DNA from: Pseudomonadota bacterium
GTDB taxonomy: Bacteria; Bdellovibrionota_G; JALEGL01; DATDPG01
Reading direction: 5' to 3'
DNA length: 30,944 bases
Assembly (NCBI GenBank): GCA_043804515.1
Contig: JAZDIZ010000014.1
Coordinates: forward strand, 1-30,944
Below, in pieces: positions 28,154-30,944 of this stretch. The position numbers were made by a program, and so were the translations under genes. The number at the start of each line of letters is the position of its first letter. Within the stretch, counting starts at the first letter, position 1. The notes beneath the pieces were generated by a model. That model saw only the letters and a list, made by a program, of their open reading frames with translations, was not told where the DNA came from and did not search any database.

Positions 28154-28927
28154 GTGATCCCTTATTTTACGATTCCCACTTATAGGCTGGGGCCTTTGGA
28201 ATTCAACGCATTCGGCGCGTTGGTGACCACCGGCTTTCTTCTCGGCTCGTGGCTCGCCGTGCGCCGAGCACGGATCGTCGGCCTCGCGTTGGGGCCCATG
28301 CATGACATCGCGCTTCTTTGCTTGATCTTCGGATTCACGGTTTCCCACGTCGTGCACATGGTGGCGTATCACCCTCGTTTGCTGCTCGATCAGCCGTGGC
28401 TGATCCTCAAAGTTTGGGCGGGAATCTCCTCGTTCGGCGGGTTTCTGGGCGCGGGAGCCGCAATGTGGATCTACGCCCGCAGGAAGGGACTCCCGTTCCT
28501 GAAGTACGCGGATGCGCTTCTGTTCGGCCTGACCCCCGGCTGGCTTTTCGGACGTTTGGGCTGTACCACGGCACACGATCACCCGGGGCGATTGACCGAT
28601 TTTTTCCTCGCGGTGCGCTACCCGGGCGGGCCGCGGCACGACCTGGGCTTGGACGAGGCCCTGTGGACTCTGGCACTGATTGCGTTGGTGTACTTCTTGG
28701 GACGCAAGCGGAAGGCGGAGGATCCGCCGCCCGGTACGATCCTGGCCGCCACTTTAATCGCGTATGGCATTCCGCGGTTTTTGTTCGATTTCCTGCGGGC
28801 AACGGACCTTCCCGGCTCCGACGCGCGGTATTTCGGCCTGACACCCGCTCAATACGGCTCGGTAGCGATCATTGTTCTGGGGGCCTACTTGTTCCGTAAG
28901 ATCAGAGGCGGTAAGCCGGCCGGATGA
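28154..28927 (+). CDS. lgt: Prolipoprotein diacylglyceryl transferase family protein (divergent Lgt)
   Basis: Multi-TM protein; WAGISSFGGFLG, YAD, FGRLGC, RHDLGLDE, YGIPRFLFDFLR, GLTPAQ. Confidence 0.82.
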   Translation: MIPYFTIPTYRLGPLEFNAFGALVTTGFLLGSWLAVRRARIVGLALGPMHDIALLCLIFGFTVSHVVHMVAYHPRLLLDQPWLILKVWAGISSFGGFLGAGAAMWIYARRKGLPFLKYADALLFGLTPGWLFGRLGCTTAHDHPGRLTDFFLAVRYPGGPRHDLGLDEALWTLALIALVYFLGRKRKAEDPPPGTILAATLIAYGIPRFLFDFLRATDLPGSDARYFGLTPAQYGSVAIIVLGAYLFRKIRGGKPAG

Positions 28928-29063
28928 ACGGAACCCGGCCGACGGGCCAACCTGCCGTTCTTGGGGTTTTTCAACACTTTGCTAATTCCTCCTCCGGTAC
29001 GGAAGGCGGACGGGAAATCCGCAGGTTCGCGGATTAACGTAAGTCGGGTATATTCGGAAATTC

Positions 29064-30179
29064 ATGGACCGGCTGGCGTTCCTTCGGAAGCGGATGGCGT
29101 GGGTTTGTTGGATTGCGGCGGCAGGCGTTGCGGACTCGGTCTGGCTCCTTCTTCTCCATCAATCCAAGAATCTCCCGTCGATCTGCGCGGTGTCGTCACG
29201 GATCAGCTGCGAAATCGTCAGGACCCCTTTCTATTCCCGGTGGTTCGGCGTTCCCGTCCCCGTATTCAGCATCCTCTTCTATGTCTTCGTTCTTCTGCTC
29301 GCCGCGTCGGCACGGAACAAGGAGGAGGTCGAGATCGACCGGCCCGTCATCTACCTCTGGCTTTTTTCGTTACTCGCTCTCGCGTCCACCGTCTACATGG
29401 GGTGGGTCTCCGTTTTCGTGCTCAAAGCGCTCTGCCCCTTCTGCGCCGTGCTCTACTTGGTGAGTTTTGCGTATGCATGGACGGCGACCCGGGCTTTGCG
29501 GAAGGTGTCAAGGCCGTGGCTAGGCGTGGTGTTCGGCGATCTTGCGACCTCCTATCGATCCCCCTGGATTCTGGGGGCCGTCATCGCCGGGATCGCTGCG
29601 CTGTTTCTCGGCCCGCGGCTTTTCAAGGAACAACCTTACGTGGAGAAGGAGCGCCGCGAGATCGCCCCGGTGGCGAACCGCTCCTTGGGAGCCCCCAACG
29701 CTCCGATCACGTTGGCGTGTTTCAGCGACTTTCAGTGCCCCTATTGCCGCGTCGCGGGGGAGGTCCTGGAGCAGGTGGAGGCCTTGGAGCGAGGGAGAGT
29801 GAAAGTGATCTATAAATTCTTTCCCCTGGATGAAAGCTGCAATCGGGCCGGCGGCAGTCACCCACTGGGCTGCAAAGCCGCATTGGCGGCGTACTGTGCA
29901 AGCGCGGAGAATCGGTTCTGGCCGTATCACGACCTCTTGTTTTCGGTGCAGGATTTGCTCAAAGAAGCGGATTTCGTCCCGTTCGCCCGTTCTTTGAACC
30001 TGGATCTTCCGGCCTTCGAGCGGTGTTTGGCCGACCCCGCCTCCCTGGAGGCGATCCGCAAGGATATCGAGGAAGGGATCCGCCTTGGTGTCAACGGGAC
30101 CCCCACCGTCTTTATCAACGGGCAGCGGTATACGGGACCGCTCACCGTGGCCGCCATCGAGGAGTTCATTCCGCGGTGA
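29064..30179 (+). CDS. VKOR-DsbA/thioredoxin fusion (disulfide bond formation)
   Basis: VKOR loop Cys pair (ICAVSSRISC), FGVPV and active site CPFC; then DsbA-like domain FSDFQCPYC ... GVNGTPTVFING. Confidence 0.92.
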   Translation: MDRLAFLRKRMAWVCWIAAAGVADSVWLLLLHQSKNLPSICAVSSRISCEIVRTPFYSRWFGVPVPVFSILFYVFVLLLAASARNKEEVEIDRPVIYLWLFSLLALASTVYMGWVSVFVLKALCPFCAVLYLVSFAYAWTATRALRKVSRPWLGVVFGDLATSYRSPWILGAVIAGIAALFLGPRLFKEQPYVEKERREIAPVANRSLGAPNAPITLACFSDFQCPYCRVAGEVLEQVEALERGRVKVIYKFFPLDESCNRAGGSHPLGCKAALAAYCASAENRFWPYHDLLFSVQDLLKEADFVPFARSLNLDLPAFERCLADPASLEAIRKDIEEGIRLGVNGTPTVFINGQRYTGPLTVAAIEEFIPR

Positions 30180-30290
30180 CGGCGGATTGTTTTTGGGTTG
30201 TCAGCGGGGAGGCGTCCCGATAATTACCCGGACACTCGCCATGATTGACGAAGATTCCAGGAACACTTCATATACTTTGGAAAGGGCGGA

Positions 30291-30944
30291 ATGATGTGGA
30301 AAAGAGCCGAAGGTAGCACCGGCCAGTTACTCCAGTTGTGCGTAGGGTATTTTGTCTTCTACGTCATACAAGGCGTGGCCGTGAAATACTTCTTGGGACC
30401 CGCGGCTCAAGGGTATCAGGCGATGAAAGAGCTGGAGTTCCTGGTCTACAACACGACGTCGTCCCTGCTGATCGTGTTGGTCATCGCTCTTCCCCTCGGT
30501 TGGTACAGGATCGCATCGAACCGCCACTTCCAATGGGGCTCGCTTCGAATCCCCGCGGAGCTCCTGTACATCGTTCCGTCCGGTATCTGCACGGCCGTCG
30601 TGATCCCGACGACGACGCTGATGTACACCCTTCCGATCTCCGTCATGGTGGCCATGGTGATCATGCGGGGAGCCGTGATCGTCATCAGCCGTTTCGTGGA
30701 TTTCGTGCAGATTCACCAAGGAATCCTGAAAAAGAAGGTCTATTGGGAGGAAAACGCGGCGGTCGTGTTTGCCCTCCTGGCGGTTGCCACGAATCTTTTC
30801 TTTCGCCGTGAGGCGGGGGCATTCGACTTCATCCGTTCATTCCCCGCGATGATGATTTTGGGAAGTTACATCCTGGCCTATACGCTTCGCATATACATCA
30901 TGAACTACTTCAAGAACACGCGTGCCGCGGGAGTAAAGCAGGAC
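30291..30944 (+). CDS. Multi-pass membrane protein (possibly DMT/EamA-like), truncated at the window end
   Basis: Not in the ORF track. Open frame from ATG 30291 to the window end: MMWKRAEGSTGQLLQLCVGYFVFYVIQG...SGICTAVVIPTTTLMYTLPISVMVAMVIMRGAVIVISRFVD..., with about six hydrophobic segments. Confidence 0.75.
   Translation, partial: MMWKRAEGSTGQLLQLCVGYFVFYVIQGVAVKYFLGPAAQGYQAMKELEFLVYNTTSSLLIVLVIALPLGWYRIASNRHFQWGSLRIPAELLYIVPSGICTAVVIPTTTLMYTLPISVMVAMVIMRGAVIVISRFVDFVQIHQGILKKKVYWEENAAVVFALLAVATNLFFRREAGAFDFIRSFPAMMILGSYILAYTLRIYIMNYFKNTRAAGVKQD

Noticed and set aside
30245..30276. TTGACG ... TATACT as a sigma70 promoter for the last gene
   Set aside because: The 20-bp spacer is too long for a canonical promoter, so I did not list it as a feature.

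Overview
A GC-rich, densely coding chromosomal window whose gene order points to a deltaproteobacterial-type organism (Myxococcota/Desulfobacterota/Bdellovibrionota-like; inferred from synteny only). From left to right it contains: a minus-strand nucleoside catabolism operon (deoC-udp-punA), in which DeoC has an ~84-aa N-terminal extension resembling a microcompartment encapsulation peptide plus a Cys/His motif; a secreted FG-GAP protein; an 18-bp inverted-repeat element; an AmgK/MurU-like pair; a PIN-PhoH gene; the ffh-rpsP-khpA-rimM-trmD-rplS cluster; an intergenic region with opposed heptamer arrays; an SMC/YhaN-like protein with all ATPase motifs degenerate; a HAMP-only membrane protein; and a type IVa pilus/polarity locus (XRE HTH-pilMNOPQ-Ig lipoprotein-TPR-mglC-accB-accC-sgmX-ExeA-type ATPase). 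The window ends with a divergent lgt, a VKOR-DsbA fusion and a truncated multi-pass membrane protein. I saw no rRNA, tRNA, CRISPR array or transposase. All calls come from reading motifs by eye; no database searches were run.
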